From positions 6,396-70,395 of the forward strand of contig CAKKPE010000035.1 in NCBI GenBank assembly GCA_919901565.1: DNA of 64,000 nt, given 5' to 3'. Source of the DNA: a bacterium (GTDB lineage: Bacteria; CG2-30-53-67). The first letter of the stretch is position 1. Every line of letters starts with the position of its first letter. Below, piece by piece: positions 46,976 through 56,880 of this stretch. Position numbers and translations under genes: made by a program. The notes beneath the pieces were generated by a model. It saw only the letters and a list, made by a program, of their open reading frames with translations, did not search any database and was not told the origin of the DNA.

Positions 46976-48949
46976 GAAGCACCCGCCCACGTGGGCGGGT
47001 GAGGATTGAAACTCTGCAGCGGCCAAGGAACTCAGATGCAATGGGATGAAGCACCCGCCCACGTGGGCGGGTGAGGATTGAAACAGCTTTATTGATCTGG
47101 ATGGCCCTCCCCGTTGCCGGAAGCACCCGCCCACGTGGGCGGGTGAGGATTGAAACTGGAACGTCTGCGACTGATCCGGTCCCAGGCCCGGAAGCACCCG
47201 CCCACGTGGGCGGGTGAGGATTGAAACTGAACCCATGATGGTCGATGTCTCGGCCTTTTCACGAAGCACCCGCCCACGTGGGCGGGTGAGGATTGAAACT
47301 CCGAAGCGGTCGGGACCATCCACGCCCTGGCCCGAAGCACCCGCCCACGTGGGCGGGTGAGGATTGAAACAATTCGTCGAGAGTCCCGTTGTGGTGGATA
47401 TTGTGAAGCACCCGCCCACGTGGGCGGGTGAGGATTGAAACAAAGGAACAATGCTGATATCATCTAACGCCAACTGAAGCACCCGCCCACGTGGGCGGGT
47501 GAGGATTGAAACTTTTTTGATATTGATCTTGTCCACCGGGACCACGGGAAGCACCCGCCCACGTGGGCGGGTGAGGATTGAAACCTGATACATCATATAT
47601 CTCCGTCGCCTGGCCCTCGAAGCACCCGCCCACGTGGGCGGGTGAGGATTGAAACAAGATCACGGATGCCAAGGGTATAGCAGGCCCGTCGAAGCACCCG
47701 CCCACGTGGGCGGGTGAGGATTGAAACAGTTTGGCATGATGGTATGAACTCCTTGCCTCAGGAAGCACCCGCCCACGTGGGCGGGTGAGGATTGAAACAG
47801 AGTGTCCCATATCCCGTCATTGACGATCAGGTCGAAGCACCCGCCCACGTGGGCGGGTGAGGATTGAAACATCCCCTCCAGCAGTTCAGCCGCTGCCAGA
47901 AGAAAGAAGCACCCGCCCACGTGGGCGGGTGAGGATTGAAACCTGTAAGACCTTACCGTTAAAGACCGGCCTCCCAGGAAGCACCCGCCCACGTGGGCGG
48001 GTGAGGATTGAAACAATATTATGGTAAGAAAGTACGTCACCTCTCCCGGCGAAGCACCCGCCCACGTGGGCGGGTGAGGATTGAAACCAAGTAGGATCGC
48101 AGAACTTCGCCAAATCCAAAGGAAGCACCCGCCCACGTGGGCGGGTGAGGATTGAAACGGGTTTGACCCCCCGGGGGGCTCGGCCGATGGGTCGAAGCAC
48201 CCGCCCACGTGGGCGGGTGAGGATTGAAACAATCTGCCTGTGTAGTTTAACCCATCCATTGCCCAGAAGCACCCGCCCACGTGGGCGGGTGAGGATTGAA
48301 ACGGGTTTGACCCCCCGGGGGGCTCGGCCGATGGGTCGAAGCACCCGCCCACGTGGGCGGGTGAGGATTGAAACAGATGCGACAATGCTTTGCCTCGACG
48401 ATCTCGGTAGAAGCACCCGCCCACGTGGGCGGGTGAGGATTGAAACCCCGGTACGACCGGGAGAAGGAAGACTTTTATATGAAGCACCCGCCCACGTGGG
48501 CGGGTGAGGATTGAAACCCAGCCCGGGTGACGGGATCTTTGCGTGGGATAATGAAGCACCCGCCCACGTGGGCGGGTGAGGATTGAAACTTTACAGCGTG
48601 GACATGTCATGGTCGGCTCTCCTTCGAAGCACCCGCCCACGTGGGCGGGTGAGGATTGAAACGAAAACCACTTACTCACAGTCTGGCGATGCCGATTGAA
48701 GCACCCGCCCACGTGGGCGGGTGAGGATTGAAACGCGGAGTGCAGCCGCAGGACGATATCCTCCAAGCCGAAGCACCCGCCCACGTGGGCGGGTGAGGAT
48801 TGAAACCATAAATGTTTGATCCCTTGGCCGCCCGAACCCGGGAAGCACCCGCCCACGTGGGCGGGTGAGGATTGAAACATGCGATCTCAGGCGGAGGCCT
48901 CCGGGGAATACGAAGCACCCGCCCACGTGAGCTGGTGAGGATTGAAACT
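46976..48949 (+). CRISPR. CRISPR array, 28 repeats / 27 spacers; repeat GAAGCACCCGCCCACGTGGGCGGGTGAGGATTGAAAC (37 nt), spacers 34-36 nt
   Basis: Period ~72 bp. The repeat holds a perfect 22-nt palindrome, CACCCGCCCACGTGGGCGGGTG, and ends in the ATTGAAAC 5'-handle sequence. The last repeat (48913-48949) is mutated (GGGCGGGTG to GAGCTGGTG). Spacers 17 and 19 are identical. Confidence 0.95.
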
Positions 48950-49097
48950 TTCTCTGACACATCCGAATTGGATGCTCCGTGTGAAGAGCCATCAACTCCG
49001 TTTACACGGTGGCGAAACCTTGATCCATCATCCGCCCAGGAAATAGCAGACGCGGCGTGGAACGAACTTTGTTTCAGGGGTCTATTGGAGGAAAAAA

Positions 49098-49373
49098 ATG
49101 AAACGATCTGAAAGAAACGAAATAAGGATTTGCCCCAAGTGCCTCCATTCTAAGTATCTCGAGGCGACAGCCGTCATGCAACGGGGGAAGCTTGTCACAA
49201 CCCGCTTGCCGAGACACACCCTGGACGACCGGGGAATCAAATGGTGGCCAAGCACCAGGTGTATCACATGCGATTACGTCGGCATGGTAGAAGACGTGAT
49301 CGCCGACCGAAACTTTATAAGGATCATAAAGGAAGCACCCGCCCACGTGGGGATGAACTGCATGATATGGTGA
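49098..49373 (+). CDS. small zinc-ribbon protein (CPxC...CxxC), hypothetical, embedded between the array's terminal repeat and an orphan partial repeat
   Basis: GGAGG sits 7 nt upstream of the ATG. MKRSERNEIRICPKCLHS...WWPSTRCITCDY. The last ~13 codons read through the partial repeat at 49332, so the true C-terminus is uncertain. Confidence 0.35.
   Translation: MKRSERNEIRICPKCLHSKYLEATAVMQRGKLVTTRLPRHTLDDRGIKWWPSTRCITCDYVGMVEDVIADRNFIRIIKEAPAHVGMNCMIW
49332..49352 (+). repeat. orphan partial CRISPR repeat (first 20 nt of the repeat)
   Basis: GAAGCACCCGCCCACGTGGG matches repeat positions 1-20 exactly, then diverges. Confidence 0.7.
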
Positions 49374-49423
49374 ATGGGAAAGAGGGTATTTCAGGATCTG
49401 AGGCCTGATTCGGCCAAACTTTT

Positions 49424-49556
49424 TTATTCCCCGTAATGGGTCCTGGCCCTTTCGAGGTAAACGATCCTTTTCTTTTCGTCAATACTGTAAACAATCCTGT
49501 CCTTATAGGTCAGACGATAAGAATAACGGACGCTTTGACGTGGATGCCCCGAAGCT
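49424..49556 (-). pseudogene. RelE/ParE-family toxin C-terminal remnant (no start codon)
   Basis: Minus-strand translation ...RQSVRYSYRLTYKDRIVYSIDEKKRIVYLERARTHYGE* matches the RelE/ParE C-terminal consensus (YRxxYxxD...IxIxRIGHRxDVY-like). The upstream part is absent. Confidence 0.5.
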
Positions 49557-49583
49557 CATCCCGCCTCCTCAAAAATTGAAACT
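49552..49583 (+). repeat. highly degenerate CRISPR repeat relic (GAAGC...CCCGCC...AATTGAAAC)
   Basis: Shares the 5' GAAGC, an internal CCCGCC and the 3' ATTGAAAC with the array repeat. About 3 periods from the orphan partial repeat. Confidence 0.4.
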
Positions 49584-49696
49584 TCTTGATTTTGCCTCTT
49601 CACACTGATAGATTAAGCGAAACAGACGCAGATGGGAAATGGATCTTATTGAAATCTCGAATCCGAATTGGGAATAATTGACATCGCTTGTTTCAA

Positions 49697-51409
49697 ATGG
49701 AATCCTTAACGCACAACAACATAACGATCTTCTTCCTCGCAATCGGCATACTGCTGGCATCGGCGCGGCTTTTCGGTGAGATCGCCCACCGGATTCACCA
49801 GCCTGCCGTGCTCGGCGAGATTCTTGCGGGGATACTGCTGGGGCCGACCGTCCTCGGATTCTTCGCTCCGGACGTGAGCGTCAACCTGTTCCCCATGCAA
49901 GGACCGGTCACCATCGGGATTGACAGCCTGACCACACTCGCCATTGCCCTGTTCCTGCTGGTGGCGGGGATGAAGGTAGATCTTTCCACGGTCTGGCGCC
50001 AGGGACGATCCGCCCTCACCGTCGGCATCGCAGGCATCGTCATCCCCTTTACTCTTGGATTCTGCGCGGCCTGGCTGATCCCCCGGCTTATGGGAAGCGA
50101 ACCCGGCACCGACACGATGATCTTCGCCCTGTTCTTTGCCACTGCACTCTCTATTACCGCACTGCCCGTGGTGGCCAAGATCCTCCTTGAGATCAATCTC
50201 TTCCGCACGGACCTCGGCATGATCATCGTTACTGCGGCGATTTTAAATGACCTGATCGGATGGATCATCTTCGCGGTCATACTCGGCATGATCGGGGGAG
50301 GGGCATCTTCAGGACACGGCCTCGGACAGACCATTATGTTGACGCTTGGATTCTCAGTCCTGATCCTGACCATCGGGCGATGGCTGATCGACCGCATTCT
50401 CCCATGGATACAGGCGCACACAAGGGGGCCCGGCGGCATCCTGGGCTTTTGCATCTCGGCTGCCCTCTTATGTGCCGCCTTCACCGAGTGGATCGGCATC
50501 CACGCGATCTTCGGCGCATTCCTCTGCGGCGTGGCCCTGGGAGACTCGCCCCATCTGCGTGAACACACGCGTACCACGTTCGATCAGTTCATTTCGTTCA
50601 TCTTTGCACCGTTATTCTTTGCCAGTATCGGGTTGAAAGTAAATTTCATTCAAAATTTCGATCTCCCCCTTGTCCTCACCGTTATCGTGATCGCCACGGC
50701 AGGAAAGGTCTTCGGCTGCGGGTTCGGGGCGATCTGGAGCGGACTGACGCAGAGAGAGGCATGGGCCATCGGTTTCGGTATGAACGCCAGAGGCGCCATG
50801 GAGATCATCCTCGGCCTCCTCGCCCTTCAGGCGGGAATTATCCGGGAGCCCATGTTTGTCGCCCTCGTGGTCATGGCCCTTCTCACATCCATGACGAGCG
50901 GCACGATCATGCAGAAAATTCTCCGCCGCAAGGCGCCGGTCCGCTTGACTGACTTCCTCTCTCCAAAAGTTTACCGCAGGGATCTTCAGGCCAGGGACCG
51001 AGGGGAGGCTATCCTGAAACTCTGCACAATCGCCTGCGAAGGGAGCGGGCTGGTTCCTGAAAATGTATATGAGGCCGTATGGAAGCGGGAACAGATCGTC
51101 TCCACCGGCGTGGGCCACGGTGTCGCCATTCCCCACGCCCGGATCGACGCCCTGAAGCAGCCGCTCCTTGCGCTTGGAATTTCAAAGAACGGCGTGGATT
51201 TCAACGCCCCGGACGGACAGCCGGCCCGCCTGATCTTCCTTATTATCATCCCCGGCCATGATCCTGAGTCGCAGCTCGAACTCCTCTCGGATATCAGCCG
51301 CACATTCCAGGACCCGGCTATGGTCAAGCGGGCCCTTGAGGCGGATAACTACACCGAACTGCTCGCCCTCATCAACACCGCCGAACCGGCGATAAAGAGC
51401 CCGGTCTGA
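49697..51409 (+). CDS. cation:proton antiporter (CPA2/Kef-like) fused to a C-terminal PTS EIIA(Ntr)-type domain
   Basis: About 12 TM helices (MESLTHNNITIFFLAIGILLASARLFGEIAHRIHQPAVLGEILAGILLGP). The C-terminal ~150 aa has the EIIA type-2 His region (GHGVAIPHARI). Start at 49688 or 49697. Confidence 0.8.
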   Translation: MESLTHNNITIFFLAIGILLASARLFGEIAHRIHQPAVLGEILAGILLGPTVLGFFAPDVSVNLFPMQGPVTIGIDSLTTLAIALFLLVAGMKVDLSTVWRQGRSALTVGIAGIVIPFTLGFCAAWLIPRLMGSEPGTDTMIFALFFATALSITALPVVAKILLEINLFRTDLGMIIVTAAILNDLIGWIIFAVILGMIGGGASSGHGLGQTIMLTLGFSVLILTIGRWLIDRILPWIQAHTRGPGGILGFCISAALLCAAFTEWIGIHAIFGAFLCGVALGDSPHLREHTRTTFDQFISFIFAPLFFASIGLKVNFIQNFDLPLVLTVIVIATAGKVFGCGFGAIWSGLTQREAWAIGFGMNARGAMEIILGLLALQAGIIREPMFVALVVMALLTSMTSGTIMQKILRRKAPVRLTDFLSPKVYRRDLQARDRGEAILKLCTIACEGSGLVPENVYEAVWKREQIVSTGVGHGVAIPHARIDALKQPLLALGISKNGVDFNAPDGQPARLIFLIIIPGHDPESQLELLSDISRTFQDPAMVKRALEADNYTELLALINTAEPAIKSPV

Positions 51410-51498
51410 CTTGACAACCCTGCGGTATCCTGATAACGTTACACCCTGAGAGCTTAGATAAACGTAAAATATAACCGACTGAAATAAATAACATCGCG

Positions 51499-52464
51499 GT
51501 GGTCATGGACCCAAGAATTGCTTTACTGATCCCATGCTTCAATGAAGAAGCCACCATCGAAAAGGTTGTAAGGGATTTCAGGAAGATCCTTCCAAAAGCG
51601 GAAATCTACGTTTACGACAACAACAGCACGGATAAAACAGCGGAAGCCGCCCTCAAGGCCGGAGCAATCGTACGGCATGAATCCCATCAGGGCAAAGGAT
51701 ATGTAGTCCGCCGCATGTTCAGAGAGGTGGATGCGGATATTTACGTCATGGTGGATGGAGACGGCACCTATCCGGCCGATGATGTCCATTCACTCATCCA
51801 GCCGGTTTCTTCGGGTAGGGCCGATATGTGTGTTGGAGGCAGAATTGCAGAAAAACATAGCGGAGCCTTCAGAAGATTTCACATTGTTGGAAACCACCTG
51901 ATAAAAAATGTCGTAAACAGTCTCTTCGGAGCAGACTTATCTGATATTCTTTCCGGCTACCGATGTTTCAATCATCATTTTGTTACGTCCATACCCCTGC
52001 TGAGCAAGGGGTTTGAGGTCGAAGTGGAAATGACGATCCAGGCGCTGGACAAGGGGCTGGTCATCCAGGAAATCGAACTTCCCTACAGAGAACGGCCTTC
52101 CGGAAGCTCGTCTAAACTTCGAACCTTCAGAGACGGTTTCCGTGTGTTGCTGACCATATTTAATATTTTCAAGGATTACAAACCCCTCGCATTTTTTTTC
52201 GCTGTCTCTATATTTCTCCTCCTCCTGAGTCTTGTTCTTGGATGGAACGCCTTCCATGAATTTTCCGAAACAGGCCGGGTGATTCATCCTGCAACCACGG
52301 TTGCGGCCGCATGTCTGGCTGTCTTCTCTGTAATTTCCCTGGTAACAGGCATTCTGCTGGATACCATTAATCGGCGCTACAAAGAATTGTATGTTTTGAT
52401 GACACGCCGTTCTCCTGATCATAAAGACAGTATCCCGGCAGGCTTCCCTGATCACAGAACCTGA
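51499..52464 (+). CDS. family 2 glycosyltransferase (dolichyl-/polyprenyl-phosphate sugar transferase-like) with C-terminal TM segments
   Basis: ALLIPCFNEEATIEKVV...YVYDNNSTDKT...VMVDGDGTY gives the GT2 DxD context. Confidence 0.8.
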   Translation: MVMDPRIALLIPCFNEEATIEKVVRDFRKILPKAEIYVYDNNSTDKTAEAALKAGAIVRHESHQGKGYVVRRMFREVDADIYVMVDGDGTYPADDVHSLIQPVSSGRADMCVGGRIAEKHSGAFRRFHIVGNHLIKNVVNSLFGADLSDILSGYRCFNHHFVTSIPLLSKGFEVEVEMTIQALDKGLVIQEIELPYRERPSGSSSKLRTFRDGFRVLLTIFNIFKDYKPLAFFFAVSIFLLLLSLVLGWNAFHEFSETGRVIHPATTVAAACLAVFSVISLVTGILLDTINRRYKELYVLMTRRSPDHKDSIPAGFPDHRT

Positions 52465-52606
52465 CGTAGACGGCTTATGAACAAGGGAAATGGGCTCCTG
52501 CATGAGCGTGACCCCGATCCGGTCCTTCGGCAGTTTGTGGATCAGTGCCTGAGGGACAGGGGATACATGCCTGTGGGCTGGCGTTAGCCAAAAACCCCGT
52601 CATACT

Positions 52607-53911
52607 TTAGCCTTTTCTTCCTCTCTCAATCAGGGCGCGGATCGGCTGCAATCCGTAGGGGCTCCCTTTTTCGATGGCGGTCAGCACGGTCCCGCCCCCG
52701 GTGAAGAAATAATATCTCGCATTGTCCATCACGGAGAGATAAAGACCCGGGCAGAGATTCTTGAATTCCTGAAGCGTATCCCCGCCGCCGTACATCTTGA
52801 TCGCATCCCTGTTCTCGTCAATTGCATGGTCCAGGGCCTGGGAACCCCCGGTGAAATGCGGGGTGAACCCCATCACCGCATTGACGAGGATCGTACGGGC
52901 ATCGAGAATGGTCCGGTGCACCTTTTCGTCTCCGAACGAAGCCGGGTCGATGTCCACCCCATAGCCGTATTCGCGTCCGGCTTCAAGGTCTGTAACAGAG
53001 ATGGTCTTGTAGTGCCCCTCTTTTTTCCCTTCAAGCGTATCCGACTCCACGATAAACGGAAGTTCGATGATCTTCTTTGTGACCTTGTCCTTTTCAACGA
53101 GTTCCCGGGCAAGGTTGATGTCTGAATCGGAAACGCCCCTGATCCTGACGCCGTATTTTGCACAGAGATAGGTATTGTAGATCACACCGCCCAGGATGAT
53201 CCGGTCGACCTTGTCATAGATGGCATAGAGCGGCCCGATCTTGGTATCGTATTTCGACCCGGCCACCACGGCGAGAAAGGGCCTTTCTGGTTCGAGCACC
53301 CGTTCCAGGTTCTTGATCTCCTGCTGCATGAGAAACCCGGCGCACGAAGGCAGGTGGCTGACGATGTCATAGGTGGATGCATGGGGCTGCCATGAGCCGA
53401 ATGCGTCATTGACATAGATATCGGCAAGCCCGGCGAGCTGGAGGGCGAACCTCTCCCGCTCGGCGCCCTTGGACTCCTCCCCGAAAAACCATCTGGTGTT
53501 GGGAAGATAGATGCCGCTGACCTTCCTGCTCCGCAGATTCCGTATGGCGATGTTGATGGAGGTATCAATGCCCATGATTCCTTTTCCAGGGTCAATTTCA
53601 AATTCGGGGACGAAGAACCGTGTATGCAGCTTCTGTTCGATATAGTCGACAATCGGTCTCACCGACTCCCCTTCCCTGCATTCGATCTTCCCTGTCTCCT
53701 TGTCGCGGGGCCGCCCGATATGGGTCATGAGGATGGGCCGACCGCCCCTCTCGACAATGTGGAAGAGGGTACCGATGGTTCGGTCTATCCTGTAGGGGTC
53801 TTTGATCTCGCCGTTCTTCACCACATTGTGGTCAAATCGTACAAGGACTGTCTTGTCCTCCAGCTCGGCATCCTGAATGGATGGAAGCACATCTCCTTTT
53901 GTCCTGTCCAT
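52607..53911 (-). CDS. divergent phosphoglycerate kinase family protein
   Basis: VLVRFDHNVVKNGEIKD...PILMTHIGRP, YVNDAFGSWQPHAS, AVVAGSKYDTKIG...ILGGVIYNT, YGGGDT and YFFTGGG align with the PGK N-terminal and C-terminal domain motifs. The usual FGTAHRAH substrate Arg context is altered. Start placed at the internal Met; the ORF extends to 53944. Confidence 0.6.
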   Translation of the reverse strand: MDRTKGDVLPSIQDAELEDKTVLVRFDHNVVKNGEIKDPYRIDRTIGTLFHIVERGGRPILMTHIGRPRDKETGKIECREGESVRPIVDYIEQKLHTRFFVPEFEIDPGKGIMGIDTSINIAIRNLRSRKVSGIYLPNTRWFFGEESKGAERERFALQLAGLADIYVNDAFGSWQPHASTYDIVSHLPSCAGFLMQQEIKNLERVLEPERPFLAVVAGSKYDTKIGPLYAIYDKVDRIILGGVIYNTYLCAKYGVRIRGVSDSDINLARELVEKDKVTKKIIELPFIVESDTLEGKKEGHYKTISVTDLEAGREYGYGVDIDPASFGDEKVHRTILDARTILVNAVMGFTPHFTGGSQALDHAIDENRDAIKMYGGGDTLQEFKNLCPGLYLSVMDNARYYFFTGGGTVLTAIEKGSPYGLQPIRALIERGRKG

Positions 53912-53953
53912 GAAGCCTCCTCTATCTAATGTTCGTATTCTCAAAACCTGCCG

Positions 53954-54424
53954 TCACATCGGAAGGATACGTCGCGCGGTCCAGTAATAATTCCGCCAGT
54001 AAGGATCATTGACGTTTGAGATCATGACACCTCTGCTGCTGGACACATGCACAAATTCCCCGCGGCTCAGATAGATCCCCACATGGGGTTTCTTTGAAGA
54101 CAGCAGAAAGAATACGAGGTCCCCGGCTTTAAGCCGCTTTCCGGAGACCGGCGTGCCCATACGGGCCTGCTCTTCTGCTCTACGGGGGAGTTCAATCCCA
54201 AATAGCTTCTGATTGAGCACCTTCACAAAACCGGAGCAGTCTATGCCGTCCCTGCCGTTCCCGCCCAGGAGGTGCGGGGCCTTCTCCCATGCTTCGGTCT
54301 CGGCCCGGAGGCGTATCTCAACATCACTCGTGCGCAGGGCGCCGTGCGCCTCGGGCCGGACCAGAGGCCTGGGGGCGCAGCCCATGAGGATAATAAACAG
54401 GAGAACGACCATTCCCCCGATCAT
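53954..54424 (-). CDS. NlpC/P60 (C40) family peptidase, lipoprotein
   Basis: Lipoprotein signal MIGGMVVLLFIILMGCAP. Catalytic Cys context GIDCSGFV and the His region HVGIYL. Confidence 0.75.
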   Translation of the reverse strand: MIGGMVVLLFIILMGCAPRPLVRPEAHGALRTSDVEIRLRAETEAWEKAPHLLGGNGRDGIDCSGFVKVLNQKLFGIELPRRAEEQARMGTPVSGKRLKAGDLVFFLLSSKKPHVGIYLSRGEFVHVSSSRGVMISNVNDPYWRNYYWTARRILPM

Positions 54425-54716
54425 TCCTGAAGTGCGGGCCGGACTGCTGATACAAGGGGGCAATGGGATGCACCTCATTATGGGCCTTGAAGGGATATGC
54501 AATCTGCGCTCCTGAAGCCGCCATTGCGGCCGTACACCTGGACCGGGACACATCTCAATTATATGAAGGGTCATGCATAATATTCAAGCATAAAGTTCGA
54601 CCGGGGGAAATGAGACTGATTTATTATTTGTGCATTGTAAATCAGCATTTAGGATGGTATGATCCTTCAAGGCTCGTATCAGCCGGCCTTTCGTCAGGTT
54701 CCCTAATCCATGGGCC

Positions 54717-55403
54717 ATGGGAAAAATGAAAAACAGAACATGGTTCTCTTCAGTCTGCATTTCTCTCCTGTTCGCTGCCCAGCCCCTTCCAGGATTCGCC
54801 GGAGAACCCTTTGTCCTCATCGACGATTTCGAAGCAGGCCTCAGGCCCCGTTGGGAGAAGAAAATCTTCAAGGGGGAGACCCGGTATACGGTCATCCGGA
54901 TGGAAGGGAGCGGCTGCCTCAAGGCCGAGAGCCATGCAGCGGCTTCGGGCCTTGTCTACAAGATTAAATACGACACAAGGGATTATCCGGTCCTGGCCTG
55001 GCGATGGAAGGTGGAAAATATCCTTCATAAAGGGGATGAGAGGACCCGCCGGGGGGATGATTATGCGGCACGGGTCCATGTGGTTTTCCCGCACTTCATC
55101 CCGGCCCTGACCAGAAGCATCAACTATGTCTGGGCCAATAGACTCCCCAGGGGGGAGAGATGGCCCAACCCGTACTATTCAAGGGCCATGATGATCGCTC
55201 TGGAGAGCGGAGAAGAAAAAACCGGGGCGTGGGTCCCGGAAAAAAGAAATGTCTTCGAGGATTACAGAACATGCTTTGGGGAAGCCCCCCCCTTTGCAGG
55301 CGCCATCGCCATCATGACCGATACGGACAACACCGGAGAATCCGCGGTGGCCTATTACGATGACATTAAGCTTGAGACCATCTTTCCCGCCTCAGAACCA
55401 TAA
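54717..55403 (+). CDS. DUF3047 domain-containing protein (secreted)
   Basis: Signal peptide, then FVLIDDFEAGLRPRWEKKIFKGETRYTV... typical of DUF3047. Confidence 0.75.
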   Translation: MGKMKNRTWFSSVCISLLFAAQPLPGFAGEPFVLIDDFEAGLRPRWEKKIFKGETRYTVIRMEGSGCLKAESHAAASGLVYKIKYDTRDYPVLAWRWKVENILHKGDERTRRGDDYAARVHVVFPHFIPALTRSINYVWANRLPRGERWPNPYYSRAMMIALESGEEKTGAWVPEKRNVFEDYRTCFGEAPPFAGAIAIMTDTDNTGESAVAYYDDIKLETIFPASEP

Positions 55404-55439
55404 CATCGGTTATGACCGCTTAAGCGGTACGGCAGCGTC

Positions 55440-56213
55440 CTAAGAGCGCTTTTCCTGGAAAAATTTTTCACCGAACAGGGTTGATTTGAGCCAGCGTAAC
55501 CCGAACCTCTGCAGTTCCTCGTCATTGTTCCGCATCTTTTCTATAAATGTTTCAGGAATTTCATATTTTTCGAGAAAAGAACTTTCAAAGACAAAGCGCC
55601 TGAACTGGTCCAGGTCATAGGATACCATGAAAAAAAGCTGAAGTGACTTGTCGGGGATCTCGACCGGCCCCATGGTCTGCTTCTTCATCAGGATCTCGGT
55701 CCAGTCCTTGTTCATCCGGTCGTAGAGATCAGGTTCCTGGTCATCGCGCCAGCTCTGGACCGTCCACTCCTTGTCCTCCTCAAATCCGCGGCAGTGGTCC
55801 TCTTTCACGAAAAAGAAGAATTCCTCCTTTTTATCGGCATTCTCTTCCTTGATCATGGCAAAACCGATGGGGTAATAGCGGCAGGTGGCCGGCCGGTCCG
55901 AATAGATGGTGCATCCCCCGGACGTGACAAAAGGGCAGCTCTTGTTCTCGTCTTCCTGCATTTTCAGGGTGGCCACCGGAAGCCCGCTCGGCTCCAGGGT
56001 TTCGGGGAACGTATATTTGAGCAGGAAATCTCCGGAAGTCATATTCAGTCTTTTCTTCATCCGCAGGATATCGTACGGGGTCAGAACGATCTTGATGCCG
56101 CTGCAGCACTTGGTAAAGCAGGAGATCTCCTTGTGGCACCTGAACTTGAACTTGCTGTCCCGGGTCAGTTGATGAAGGGTGCTTATGTTCTTTTTCTGGT
56201 CATTTGTTTCCAT
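55440..56213 (-). CDS. YkgJ family cysteine cluster protein (UPF0153)
   Basis: CHKEISCFTKCCSG Cys cluster near the N-terminus and a second Cys cluster (CPFVTSGGCTIYSDRPATCRYYP). Confidence 0.7.
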   Translation of the reverse strand: METNDQKKNISTLHQLTRDSKFKFRCHKEISCFTKCCSGIKIVLTPYDILRMKKRLNMTSGDFLLKYTFPETLEPSGLPVATLKMQEDENKSCPFVTSGGCTIYSDRPATCRYYPIGFAMIKEENADKKEEFFFFVKEDHCRGFEEDKEWTVQSWRDDQEPDLYDRMNKDWTEILMKKQTMGPVEIPDKSLQLFFMVSYDLDQFRRFVFESSFLEKYEIPETFIEKMRNNDEELQRFGLRWLKSTLFGEKFFQEKRS

Positions 56214-56294
56214 CAGCAGGGAACTCCTTTAATAACAAAATTCGAATATGATTATACATCATTTGACCGACCCATTGCAAAGATTTTATTCGCC

Positions 56295-56588
56295 TCAGAT
56301 ATCTCCGGCCTTGGCGAGCATCTTGTCGAATTTTTCCACGCTGAGTGCCGGCGAGGTAGCGAACGAAATCCCGGTCAGCTTGTTCACGCCGATTGAGGCC
56401 ACCATGGCCTCTTCCATGGTGGGGAAATCCACGATAAAAACCAGATCGTGCTCACCCAGCAGGGCATACATGGCTTTAATGTTCCCGCCATGTCTCTTGA
56501 TCAGGGCCACGGCCTTGTCTGTCCGGTCCGGGCTGACATGATTCAATGACTCCGAAGAATATTTGCCGAACATTAAAAATGCAGGCAT
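56295..56588 (-). CDS. GYD domain-containing protein
   Basis: 97 aa. MPAFLMFGKYSSESL...MYALLGEHDLVFIVDFPTMEEAM matches GYD family proteins. Confidence 0.75.
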   Translation of the reverse strand: MPAFLMFGKYSSESLNHVSPDRTDKAVALIKRHGGNIKAMYALLGEHDLVFIVDFPTMEEAMVASIGVNKLTGISFATSPALSVEKFDKMLAKAGDI

Positions 56589-56733
56589 ATGCCTCCCTCC
56601 TTTCGCTCAAGAAAACACCTTGTTAAGAAACGTATTTTAAACGAATATTGTTTTGGACTATACATCCGGCTCCTCTGATTGGCAAATCCGGGGCAGTAAT
56701 TTGCCTATGCTGCCATGAAATTTGATGGGCTTC

Positions 56734-56880
56734 TAAAAAGTCCACAAGTGGGACGGCACAGTAAAAAGCTCCGGATGCAAGGCGCGCGAATTCTGAGGAA
56801 TGAGGCGTACTTAGAAGTACGTTGCAATGACGAAGAATGAAGCGCAACGCCGCAGACGGACTTTTTACGAAGCCGTCAAA
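56734..56880. mobile_element. MITE-like element copy 2
   Basis: Same orientation as copy 1, with the same terminal inverted repeats (TAAAAAGTCC...GGACTTTTTAC). Lies 90 bp upstream of the 56970 gene. Confidence 0.5.

Noticed and set aside
46814-48995. Multiple ORFs in all frames across the CRISPR array (for example 46814-47596 -, 47660-48880 -, 47886-48416 -, 48145-48507 +, 48672-48995 -)
   Set aside because: Periodic FQSSPAHVGGCF / SILTRPRGRVL / FNPHPPTWAGAS peptides are translations of the 37-nt repeat. They are not genes.
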